Assembly: GCA_046563655.1 (NCBI GenBank)
Contig: JAJCTO010000011.1
Span: 558,001-622,000, forward strand
Direction: 5' to 3'
Origin: Yuukianura sp. NJ FZ-2021
Taxonomy: Eukaryota
DNA length: 64,000 bases
Positions within the stretch are counted from its first letter, which is position 1; each line of letters starts with the position of its first letter. The notes under the pieces are model-generated. The model did no database searches and was not told the DNA's origin. It worked only from the letters and a program-made list of their open reading frames with translations. Below are positions 15,001 through 27,597 of the stretch, one piece after another. A program made the translations under genes and the position numbers.

Positions 15001-18000
15001 TTTGAGGATGTTCAGGTGGTTTTTTAAAACCAGTGTTGTTGAAAATATTTTTCAACTAAGGTCTGATTGAATCCTGAGGAACGGAATTGTGCCAAGATAG
15101 CAATTTTAATTTGACGCTATAGAGACAGACTACAAAAATAGGGACATTTGTCTAGTTTGAGGATCTTTAAGTGGTTTTTTGAAACCAGTGTTGTTGAAAA
15201 TATTTTTCAACTAAGGTCTGATTGAATCCTGAGGAACGGAATTGTGCCAAGATAGCAATTTTAATTTGACGCTATGGAGACAGACTACAAAAATAGGGAC
15301 ATTTGTCTAGTTTGAGGATCTTCAAGTGGTTTTTTGAAACCAGTGTTGTTGAAAATATTTTTCAACTAAGGTCTGAAATTCAATCCTGAGGAACGGAATT
15401 GTACCAAGATAGCAATTTTAATTTGACGCTATGGAGACAGACTACAAAAATAGGGACATTTGTCTAGTTTGAGGATCTTCAAGTGGTTTTTTGAAACCAG
15501 TGTTGTTGAAAATATTTTTCAACTAAGGTCTGATTGAATCCTGAGGAACGGAATTGTGCCAAGATAGCAATTTTAATTTGACGCTATGGAGACAGACTAC
15601 AAAAATAGGGACATTTGTCTAGTTTGAGGATCTTCAAGTGGTTTTTTGAAACCAGTGTTGTTGAAAATATTTTTCAACTAAGGTCTGATTGAATCCTGAG
15701 GAACGGAATTGTGCCAAGATAGCAATTTTAATTTGACGCTATGGAGACAGACTACAAAAATAGGGACATTTGTCTGGTTTGAGGATCTTCAAGTGGTTTT
15801 TTGAAACCAGTGTTGTTGAAAATATTTTTCAACTAAGGTCTGATTGAATCCTGAGGAACGGAATTGTGCCAAGATAGCAATTTTAATTTGACGCTATGGA
15901 GACAGACTACAAAAATAGGGACATTTGTCTAGTTTGAGGATCTTCAAGTGGTTTTTTGAAACCAGTGTTGTTGAAAATATTATTCAACTAAGGTCTGATT
16001 GAATCCTGAGGAACGGAATTCTGCTAAGATAGCAATTTTAATTTGACGCTACGGAGACAGACTACAAAAATATGGACATTTGTCTAGTTTGAGGATCTTC
16101 AAGTGGTTTTTCGAAACCAGTGTTGTTGAAAATATTTTTCAACTAAGGTCTGATTGAATCCTGAGGAACGGAATTGTGCCAAGATAGCAATTTTAATTTG
16201 ACGCTATGGAGACAGACTACAAAAATAGGGACATTTGTCTGGTTTGAGGATCTTCAGGTGGTTTTTTAAAACCAGTGTTGTTGAAAATATTTTTCAACTA
16301 AGGTCTGATTGAATCCTGAGGAACGGAATTGTGCCAAGATAGCAATTTTAATTTGACGCTATGGAGACAGACTACAAAAATAGGGACATTTGTCTGGTTT
16401 GAGGATCTTCAGGTGGTTTTTTAAAACCAGTGTTGTTGAAAATATTTTTCAACTAAGGTCTGATTGAATCCTGAGGAACGGAATTGTGCCAAGATAGCAA
16501 TTTTAATTTGACGCTATGGAGACAGACTACAAAAATATGGACATTTGTCTAGTTTGAGGATCTTCAAGTGGTTTTTTGAAACCAGTGTTGTTGAAAATAT
16601 TTTTCAACTAAGGTCTGATTGAATCCTGAGGAACGGAATTGTGCCAAGATAGCAATTTTAATTTGACGCTATGGAGACAGACTACAAAAATAGGGACATT
16701 TGTCTAGTTTGAGGATCTTCAAGTGGTTTTTTGAAACCAGTGTTGTTGAAAATATTTTTCAACTAAGGTCTGATTGAATCCTGAGGAACGGAATTGTGCC
16801 AAGATAGCAATTTTAATTTGACGCTACGGAGACAGACTACAAAAATATGGACATTTGTCTAGTTTGAGGATCTTCAAGTGGTTTTTCGAAACCAGTGTTG
16901 TTGAAAATATTTTTCAACTAAGGTCTGATTGAATCCTGAGGAACGGAATTGTGCCAAGATAGCAATTTTAATTTGACGCTATGGAGACAGACTACAAAAA
17001 TAGGGACATTTGTCTGGTTTGAGGATCTTCAGGTGGTTTTTTAAAACCAGTGTTGTTGAAAATATTTTTCAACTAAGGTCTGATTGAATCCTGAGGAACG
17101 GAATTGTGCCAAGATAGCAATTTTAATTTGACGCTATGGAGACAGACTACAAAAATAGGGACATTTGTCTGGTTTGAGGATCTTCAGGTGGTTTTTTAAA
17201 ACCAGTGTTGTTGAAAATATTTTTCAACTAAGGTCTGATTGAATCCTGAGGAACGGAATTGTGCCAAGATAGCAATTTTAATTTGACGCTATGGAGACAG
17301 ACTACAAAAATATGGACATTTGTCTAGTTTGAGGATCTTCAAGTGGTTTTTTGAAACCAGTGTTGTTGAAAATATTTTTCAACTAAGGTCTGATTGAATC
17401 CTGAGGAACGGAATTGTGCCAAGATAGCAATTTTAATTTGACGCTATGGAGACAGACTACAAAAATAGGGACATTTGTCTAGTTTGAGGATCTTCAAGTG
17501 GTTTTTTGAAACCAGTGTTGTTGAAAATATTTTTCAACTAAGGTCTGATTGAATCCTGAGGAACGGAATTGTGCCAAGATAGCAATTTTAATTTGACGCT
17601 ATGGAGACAGACTACAAAAATAGGGACATTTGTCTAGTTTGAGGATCTTCAAGTGGTTTTTTAAAACCAGTGTTGTTGAAAATATTTTTCAACTAAGGTC
17701 TGATTGAATCCTGAGGAACGGAATTGTGCTAAGATAGCAATTTTAATTTGACGCTATGGAGACAGACTACAAAAATAGGGACATTTGTCTAGTTTGAGGA
17801 TCTTCAAGTGGTTTTTTGAAACCAGTGTTGTTGAAAATATTTTTCAACTAAGGTCTGAAATTCAATCATGAGGAACGGAATTGTGCCAAGATAGCAATTT
17901 TAATTTGACGCTATGGAGACAGACTACAAAAATATGGACATTTGTCTAGTTTGAGGATCTTCAAGTGGTTTTTTGAAACCAGTGTTGTTGAAAATATTTT

Positions 18001-21000
18001 TCAACTAAGGTCTGATTGAATCCTGAGGAACGGAATTGTGCCAAGATAGCAATTTTAATTTGACGCTATGGAGACAGACTACAAAAATATGGACATTTGT
18101 CTAGTTTGAGGATCTTCAAGTGGTTTTTCGAAACCAGTGTTGTTGAAAATATTTTTCAACTAAGGTCTGATTGAATCCTGAGGAACGGAATTGTGCCAAG
18201 ATAGCAATTTTAATTTGACGCTATGGAGACAGACTACAAAAATAGGGACATTTGTCTGGTTTGAGGATCTTCAGGTGGTTTTTTAAAACCAGTGTTGTTG
18301 AAAATATTTTTCAACTAAGGTCTGATTGAATCCTGAGGAACGGAATTGTGCCAAGATAGCAATTTTAATTTGACGCTATGGAGACAGACTACAAAAATAT
18401 GGACATTTGTCTAGTTTGAAGATCTTCAAGTGGTTTTTTCAAACCAGTGTTGTTGAAAATATTTTTCAACTAAGGTCTGATTGAATCCTGAGGAACGGAA
18501 TTGTGCCAAGATAGCAATTTTAATTTGACGCTATGGAGACAGACTACAAAAATAGGGACATTTGTCTAGTTTGAGGATCTTCAAGTGGTTTTTTGAAACC
18601 AGTGTTGTTGAAAATATTATTCAACTAAGGTCTGATTGAATCCTGAGGAACGGAATTGTGCTAAGATAGCAATTTTAATTTGACGCTATGGAGACAGACT
18701 ACAAAAATAGGGACATTTGTCTAGTTTGAGGATCTTCAAGTGGTTTTTTGAAACCAGTGTTGTTGAAAATATTTTTCAACTAAGGTCTGAAATTCAATCA
18801 TGAGGAACGGAATTGTGCCAAGATAGCAATTTTAATTTGACGCTATGGAGACAGACTACAAAAATATGGACATTTGTCTAGTTTGAGGATCTTCAAGTGG
18901 TTTTTTGAAACCAGTGTTGTTGAAAATATTTTTCAACTAAGGTCTGATTGAATCCTGAGGAACGGAATTGTGCCAAGATAGCAATTTTAATTTGACGCTA
19001 TGGAGACAGACTACAAAAATAGGGACATTTGTCTGGTTTGAGGATCTTCAGGTGGTTTTTTAAAACCAGTGTTGTTGAAAATATTTTTCAACTAAGGTCT
19101 GATTGAATCCTGAGGAACGGAATTGTGCCAAGATAGCAATTTTAATTTGACGCTATGGAGACAGACTACAAAAATATGGACATTTGTCTAGTTTGAGGAT
19201 CTTCAAGTGGTTTTTTGAAACCAGTGTTGTTGAAAATATTTTTCAACTAAGGTCTGATTGAATCCTGAGGAACGGAATTGTGCCAAGATAGCAATTTTAA
19301 TTTGACGCTATGGAGACAGACTACAAAAATATGGACATTTGTCTAGTTTGAGGATCTTCAAGTGGTTTTTCGAAACCAGTGTTGTTGAAAATATTTTTCA
19401 ACTAAGGTCTGATTGAATCCTGAGGAACGGAATTGTGCCAAGATAGCAATTTTAATTTGACGCTATGGAGACAGACTACAAAAATAGGGACATTTGTCTG
19501 GTTTGAGGATCTTCAGGTGGTTTTTTAAAACCAGTGTTGTTGAAAATATTTTTCAACTAAGGTCTGATTGAATCCTGAGGAACGGAATTGTGCCAAGATA
19601 GCAATTTTAATTTGACGCTATGGAGACAGACTACAAAAATATGGACATTTGTCTAGTTTGAGGATCTTCAAGTGGTTTTTTGAAACCAGTGTTGTTGAAA
19701 ATATTTTTCAACTAAGGTCTGATTGAATCCTGAGGAACGGAATTGTGCCAAGATAGCAATTTTAATTTGACGCTATGGAGACAGACTACAAAAATAGGGA
19801 CATTTGTCTAGTTTGAGGATCTTCAAGTGGTTTTTTGAAACCAGTGTTGTTGAAAATATTTTTCAACTAAGGTCTGATTGAATCCTGAGGAACGGAATTG
19901 TGCCAAGATAGCAATTTTAATTTGACGCTATAGAGACAGACTACAAAAATAGGGACATTTGTCTAGTTTGAGGATCTTCAAGTGGTTTTTTGAAACCAGT
20001 GTTGTTGAAAATATTTTTCAACTAAGGTCTGATTGAATCCTGAGGAACGGAATTGTACCAAGATAGCAATTTTAATTTGACACTATGGAGACAGACTACA
20101 AAAATAGGGACATTTGTCTAGTTTGAGGATCTTCAAGTGGTTTTTTAAAACCAGTGTTGTTGAAAATATTTTTCAACTAAGGTCTGATTGAATCCTGAGG
20201 AACGGAATTGTGCCAAGATAGCAATTTTAATTTGACGCTATGGAGACAGACTACAAAAATAGGGACATTTGTCTAGTTTCAGGATCTTCAAGTGGTTTTT
20301 CGAAACCAGTGTTGTTGAAAATATTTTTCAACTAAGGTCTGATTGAATCCTGAGGAACGGAATTGTGCCAAGATAGCAATTTTAATTTGACGCTATGGAG
20401 ACAGACTACAAAAATAGGGACATTTGTCTAGTTTGAGGATCTTCAAGTGGTTTTTTAAAACCAGTGTTGTTGAAAATATTTTTCAACTAAGGTCTGATTG
20501 AATCCTGAGGAACGGAATTGTGCCAAGATAGCAATTTTAATTTGACGCTATGGAGACAGACTACAAAAATATGGACATTTGTCTAGTTTGAGGATCTTCA
20601 AGTGGTTTTTTGAAACCAGTGTTGTTGAAAATATTTTTCAACTAAGGTCTGATTGAATCCTGAGGAACGGAATTGTGCCAAGATAGCAATTTTAATTTGA
20701 CGCTATGGAGACAGACTACAAAAATATGGACATTTGTCTAGTTTGAGGATCTTCAAGTGGTTTTTCGAAACCAGTGTTGTTGAAAATATTTTTCAACTAA
20801 GGTCTGATTGAATCCTGAGGAACGGAATTGTGCCAAGATAGCAATTTTAATTTGACGCTATGGAGACAGACTACAAAAATAGTGACATTTGTCTGGTTTG
20901 AGGATCTTCAGGTGGTTTTTTAAAACCAGTGTTGTTGAAAATATTTTTCAACTAAGGTCTGATTGAATCCTGAGGAACGGAATTGTGCCAAGATAGCAAT

Positions 21001-24000
21001 TTTAATTTGACGCTATGGAGACAGACTACAAAAATATGGACATTTGTCTAGTTTGAGGATCTTCAAGTGGTTTTTTGAAACCAGTGTTGTTGAAAATATT
21101 TTTCAACTAAGGTCTGATTGAATCCTGAGGAACGGAATTGTGCCAAGATAGCAATTTTAATTTGACGCTATGGAGACAGACTACAAAAATAGGGACATTT
21201 GTCTAGTTTGAGGATCTTCAAGTGGTTTTTTGAAACCAGTGTTGTTGAAAATATTTTTCAACTAAGGTCTGATTGAATCCTGAGGAACGGAATTGTGCCA
21301 AGATAGCAATTTTAATTTGACGCTATAGAGACAGACTACAAAAATAGGGACATTTGTCTAGTTTGAGGATCTTCAAGTGGTTTTTTGAAACCAGTGTTGA
21401 AAATATTTTTCAACTAAGGTCTGATTGAATCCTGAGGAACGGAATTGTACCAAGATAGCAATTTTAATTTGACGCTATGGAGACAGACTACAAAAATAGG
21501 GACATTTGTCTAGTTTGAGGATCTTCAAGTGGTTTTTTAAAACCAGTGTTGTTGAAAATATTTTTCAACTAAGGTCTGATTGAATCCTGAGGAACGGAAT
21601 TGTGCCAAGATAGCAATTTTAATTTGACGCTATGGAGACAGACTACAAAAATAGGGACATTTGTATAGTTTGAGGATCTTCAAGTGGTTTTTTGAAACCA
21701 GTGTTGTTGAAAATATTTTTCAACTAAGGTCTGAAATTCAATCATGAGGAACTAAATTGTACCAAGATAGCAATTTTAATTTGACGCTATGGAGACAGAC
21801 TACAAAAATAGGGACATTTGTATAGTTTGAGGATCTTCAAGTGGTTTTTTGAAACCAGTGTTGTTGAAAATATTTTTCAACTAAGGTCTGAAATTCAATC
21901 ATGAGGAACGAAATTGTACCAAGATAGCAATTTTAATTTGACGCTATGGAGACAGACTACAAAAATAGGGATATTTGTCTAGTTTGAGGATCTTCAAGTG
22001 GTTTTTCGAAACCAGTGTTGTTGAAAATATTTTTCAACTAAGGTCTGATTGAATCCTGAGGAACGGAATTGTGCCAAGATAGCAATTTTAATTTGACGCT
22101 ATGGAGACAGACTACAAAAATAGGGACATTTGTCTGGTTTGAGGATCTTCAAGTGGTTTTTTAAAACCAGTGTTGTTGAAAATATTTTTCAACTAAGGTC
22201 TGATTGAATCCTGAGGAACGGAATTGTGCCAAGATAGCAATTTTAATTTGACGCTATGGAGACAGACTACAAAAATAGGGACATTTGTCTAGTTTGAGGA
22301 TCTTCAAGTGGTTTTTTGAAACCAGTGTTGTTGAAAATATTTTTCAACTAAGGTCTGATTGAATCCTGAGGAACGGAATTGTGCCAAGATAGCAATTTTA
22401 ATTTGACGCTATGGAGACAGACTACAAAAATAGGGACATTTGTCTAGTTTGAGGATCTTCAAGTGGTTTTTCGAAACCAGTGTTGTTGAAAATATTTTTC
22501 AACTACGGTCTGATTGAATACTGAGGAACGGAATTGTGCCAAGATAGCAATTTTAATTTGACGCTATGGAGACAGACTACAAAAATAGGGACATTTGTCT
22601 GGTTTGAGGATCTTCAAGTGGTTTTTTGAAACCAGTGTTGTTGAAAATATTTTTCAACTAAGGTCTGATTGAATCCTGAGGAACGGAATTGTGCCAAGAT
22701 AGCAATTTTAATTTGACGCTATAGAGACAGACTACAAAAATAGGGACATTTGTCTAGTTTGAGGATCTTTAAGTGGTTTTTTGAAACCAGTGTTGTTGAA
22801 AATATTTTTCAACTAAGGTCTGATTGAATCCTGAGGAACGGAATTGTGCCAAGATAGCAATTTTAATTTGACGCTATAGAAACAGACTACAAAAATAGGG
22901 ACATTTGTCTAGTTTGAGGATCTTTAAGTGGTTTTTTAAAACCAGTGTTGTTGAAAATATTATTCAACTAAGGTCTGATTGAATCCTGAGGAACGGAATT
23001 GTGCCAAGATAGCAATTTTAATTTGACGCTATGGAGACAGACTACAAAAATAGGGACATTTGTATAGTTTGAGGATCTTCAAGTGGTTTTTTGAAACCAG
23101 TGTTGTTGAAAATATTTTTCAACTAAGGTCTGAAATTCAATCATGAGGAACGAAATTGTACCAAGATAGCAATTTTAATTTGACGCTATGGAGACAGACT
23201 ACAAAAATAGGGATATTTGTCTAGTTTGAGGATCTTCAAGTGGTTTTTCGAAACCAGTGTTGTTGAAAATATTTTTCAACTAAGGTCTGATTGAATCCTG
23301 AGGAACGGAATTGTGCCAAGATAGCAATTTTAATTTGACGCTATGGAGACAGACTACAAAAATAGGGACATTTGTCTGGTTTGAGGATCTTCAAGTGGTT
23401 TTTAAAACCAGTGTTGTTGAAAATATTTTTCAACTAAGGTCTGATTGAATCCTGAGGAACGGAATTGTGCCAAGATAGCAATTTTAATTTGACGCTATGG
23501 AGACAGACTACAAAAATAGGGACATTTGTCTAGTTTGAGGATCTTCAAGTGGTTTTTTGAAACCAGTGTTGTTGAAAATATTTTTCAACTAAGGTCTGAT
23601 TGAATCCTGAGGAACGGAATTGTGCCAAGATAGCAATTTTAATTTGACGCTATGGAGACAGACTACAAAAATAGGGACATTTGTCTAGTTTGAGGATCTT
23701 CAAGTGGTTTTTCGAAACCAGTGTTGTTGAAAATATTTTTCAACTACGGTCTGATTGAATACTGAGGAACGGAATTGTGCCAAGATAGCAATTTTAATTT
23801 GACGCTATGGAGACAGACTACAAAAATAGGGACATTTGTCTGGTTTGAGGATCTTCAAGTGGTTTTTTGAAACCAGTGTTGTTGAAAATATTTTTCAACT
23901 AAGGTCTGATTGAATCCTGAGGAACGGAATTGTGCCAAGATAGCAATTTTAATTTGACGCTATAGAGACAGACTACAAAAATAGGGACATTTGTCTAGTT

Positions 24001-26595
24001 TGAGGATCTTTAAGTGGTTTTTTGAAACCAGTGTTGTTGAAAATATTATTCAACTAAGGTCTGATTGAATCCTGAGGAACGGAATTGTGCCAAGATAGCA
24101 ATTTTAATTTGACGCTATGGAGACAGACTACAAAAATAGGGACATTTGTATAGTTTGAGGATCTTCAAGTGGTTTTTTGAAACCAGTGTTGTTGAAAATA
24201 TTTTTCAACTAAGGTCTGAAATTCAATCATGAGGAACGGAATTGTACCAAGATAGCAATTTTAATTTGACGCTATGGAGACAGACTACAAAAATAGGGAC
24301 ATTTGTCTAGTTTGAGGATCTTCAAGTGGTTTTTCGAAACCAGTGTTGTTGAAAATATTTTTCAACTAAGGTCTGATTGAATCCTGAGGAACGGAATTGT
24401 GCCAAGATAGCAATTTTAATTTGACGCTATGGAGACAGACTACAAAAATAGGGACATTTGTCTGGTTTGAGGATCTTCAAGTGGTTTTTTAAAACCAGTG
24501 TTGTTGAAAATATTTTTCAACTAAGGTCTGATTGAATCCTGAGGAACGGAATTGTGCCAAGATAGCAATTTTAATTTGACGCTATAGAGACAGACTACAA
24601 AAATAGGGACATTTGTCTAGTTTGAGGATCTTTAAGTGGTTTTTTGAAACCAGTGTTGTTGAAAATATTTTTCAACTAAGGTCTGATTGAATCCTGAGGA
24701 ACGGAATTGTGCCAAGATAGCAATTTTAATTTGACGCTATAGAAACAGACTACAAAAATAGGGACATTTGTCTAGTTTGAGGATCTTTAAGTGGTTTTTT
24801 AAAACCAGTGTTGTTGAAAATATTATTCAACTAAGGTCTGATTGAATCCTGAGGAACGGAATTGTGCCAAGATAGCAATTTTAATTTGACGCTATGGAGA
24901 CAGACTACAAAAATAGGGACATTTGTATAGTTTGAGGATCTTCAAGTGGTTTTTTGAAACCAGTGTTGTTGAAAATATTTTTCAACTAAGGTCTGAAATT
25001 CAATCATGAGGAACGAAATTGTACCAAGATAGCAATTTTAATTTGACGCTATGGAGACAGACTACAAAAATAGGGATATTTGTCTAGTTTGAGGATCTTC
25101 AAGTGGTTTTTCGAAACCAGTGTTGTTGAAAATATTTTTCAACTAAGGTCTGATTGAATCCTGAGGAACGGAATTGTGCCAAGATAGCAATTTTAATTTG
25201 ACGCTATGGAGACAGACTACAAAAATAGGGACATTTGTCTGGTTTGAGGATCTTCAAGTGGTTTTTAAAACCAGTGTTGTTGAAAATATTTTTCAACTAA
25301 GGTCTGATTGAATCCTGAGGAACGGAATTGTGCCAAGATAGCAATTTTAATTTGACGCTATGGAGACAGACTACAAAAATAGGGACATTTGTCTAGTTTG
25401 AGGATCTTCAAGTGGTTTTTTGAAACCAGTGTTGTTGAAAATATTTTTCAACTAAGGTCTGATTGAATCCTGAGGAACGGAATTGTGCCAAGATAGCAAT
25501 TTTAATTTGACGCTATGGAGACAGACTACAAAAATAGGGACATTTGTCTAGTTTGAGGATCTTCAAGTGGTTTTTCGAAACCAGTGTTGTTGAAAATATT
25601 TTTCAACTACGGTCTGATTGAATACTGAGGAACGGAATTGTGCCAAGATAGCAATTTTAATTTGACGCTATGGAGACAGACTACAAAAATAGGGACATTT
25701 GTCTGGTTTGAGGATCTTCAAGTGGTTTTTTGAAACCAGTGTTGTTGAAAATATTTTTCAACTAAGGTCTGATTGAATCCTGAGGAACGGAATTGTGCCA
25801 AGATAGCAATTTTAATTTGACGCTATAGAGACAGACTACAAAAATAGGGACATTTGTCTAGTTTGAGGATCTTTAAGTGGTTTTTTGAAACCAGTGTTGT
25901 TGAAAATATTATTCAACTAAGGTCTGATTGAATCCTGAGGAACGGAATTGTGCCAAGATAGCAATTTTAATTTGACGCTATGGAGACAGACTACAAAAAT
26001 AGGGACATTTGTATAGTTTGAGGATCTTCAAGTGGTTTTATGAAACCAGTGTTGTTGAAAATATTTTTCAACTAAGGTCTGAAATTCAATCATGAGGAAC
26101 GGAATTGTACCAAGATAGCAATTTTAATTTGACGCTATGGAGACAGACTACAAAAATAGGGACATTTGTCTAGTTTGAGGATCTTCAAGTGGTTTTTCGA
26201 AACCAGTGTTGTTGAAAATATTTTTCAACTAAGGTCTGATTGAATCCTGAGGAACGGAATTGTGCCAAGATAGCAATTTTAATTTGACGCTATGGAGACA
26301 GACTACAAAAATAGGGACATTTGTCTGGTTTGAGGATCTTCAAGTGGTTTTTTAAAACCAGTGTTGTTGAAAATATTTTTCAACTAAGGTCTGATTGAAT
26401 CCTGAGGAACGGAATTGTGCCAAGATAGCAATTTTAATTTGACGCTATGGAGACAGACTACAAAAATAGGGACTTTTGTCTAGTTTGAGGATCTTCAAGT
26501 GGTTTTTCGAAACCAGTGTTGTTGAAAATATTTTTCAACTAAGGTCTGATTGAATCCTGAGGAACGGAATTGTGCCAAGATAGCAATTTTAATTT
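1..26595. repeat. 155-bp tandem satellite DNA array, about 171 copies, continuing beyond the window start
   Basis: Monomer GGTCTGATTGAATCCTGAGG...TTTTTCAACTAA recurs at 1, 156, 312, 467 and so on. Copies differ by only a few recurrent variants. The last copy is truncated at ...GCAATTTTAATTT (26595). The ORF track shows nothing in the array. Confidence 0.99.
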
Positions 26596-26949
26596 TGGAA
26601 ATTGGAAGAAATTGGAAGAATATGCTTTTTGGAAAGTGGCTTCAGATCTGTCGCAGCCAAAATTTCATCAAAGTTAGCTTTGTCCATTCTGAAAGCCAAG
26701 TTTTACATCACATTGTATGAATACACGGACGCTTTAATTTTATAATTTCATATTTCACATATACCGAAAGTAGCGAAAGTGGTAGTAAGGGTGAGAACGG
26801 AGTTCCTTTGCCAAAACACTTTCGCCATGGATCGATCTATTCAGAAAAATGTTGCGGATGTGCATGGATCGTGGTCGTCGCTTCATCTTTTGTCGTAGAC
26901 GTCGAATCGTCCTTAGCCGAATAGCCAAAGCGGCAACTGATGAATCCAT
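26596..26949 (-). pseudogene. Truncated Harbinger (HARBI1-like) transposase N-terminus, 2 exons (26949-26765; 26688-about 26596)
   Basis: Spliced translation ...RSMHIRNIFLNRSIHGESVLAKELRSHPYYHFRYFR|MDKANFDEILAATDLKPLSKKHILPIS matches the Harbinger pattern (GE..L..ELR...F..YFRM....FDEL). GT-AG intron 26764-26689. No DDE domain present. Confidence 0.8.
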
Positions 26950-27127
26950 CCTTTTCCTAAAATCACGGTTTACATTTTCTCAACAGAATTGAGAGAGGAA
27001 AGAAGAACGGCAGAGGAAAAGATTCCTTTCTGCCAATTTTTAGCAGCAAGTATAAATGAAACAAAGAACATAAAGGTAACGGCATGGTAACGTTCACGGC
27101 ATGGTAACAGAATCTCTAAATTCGGCA
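26596..27127 (-). mobile_element. PIF/Harbinger DNA transposon, 5' portion only (3' part replaced by satellite)
   Basis: Terminus TGCCGAATTTAGAG (minus strand) directly follows a TTA/TAA triplet (27128-27130), the typical Harbinger target. Subterminal repeat ACGGCATGGTAAC occurs twice (27079-27103). Encodes a Harbinger-type N-terminus. No second TIR in the window. Confidence 0.75.
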
Positions 27128-27597
27128 TAAAACTCCAGTTGCAAATAACCCACTCCAAAAGTATGAATCATACGGTTTTGTATAAATTTCAAAGTTTAAC
27201 ATTTCCGCTGTTCCGTCACAGGTCAAGAAACTTAATGTTGTCTGTTCTAGCAGGAACAAAAAACATGCGTTAAAACTTTGTACTGCACCGTAAAAGCCTA
27301 TATCGCTTTGCTCAATGATTTGTGAGAGATTTTCTTCATCTTCTTCCTTCGAAACATAAACTTTCAGCTTGTACAGAAGCAAATAAATGTACATAGAGGC
27401 GCATTTGTTTTGGGAAGGGGGGGAGAGATAATTTTGAATCGAAAACAAAATCGCATGAGTGGTTCGCCGCGCCCCGATCCAATTCACAGGGTGCGCCAAA
27501 TGTCAAATGACATTAAACTTTGAAAACGCGAATTTTTCAACAAGTGATGAATTAAATTTACCATTTATTGGTTAGTATTAAATTTGTAACGAAAAAA

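Noticed and set aside
1..26595. CRISPR array or repetitive coding sequence
   Set aside because: No unique spacers; the 155-bp unit is not a multiple of 3 and has stops; the context is eukaryotic.
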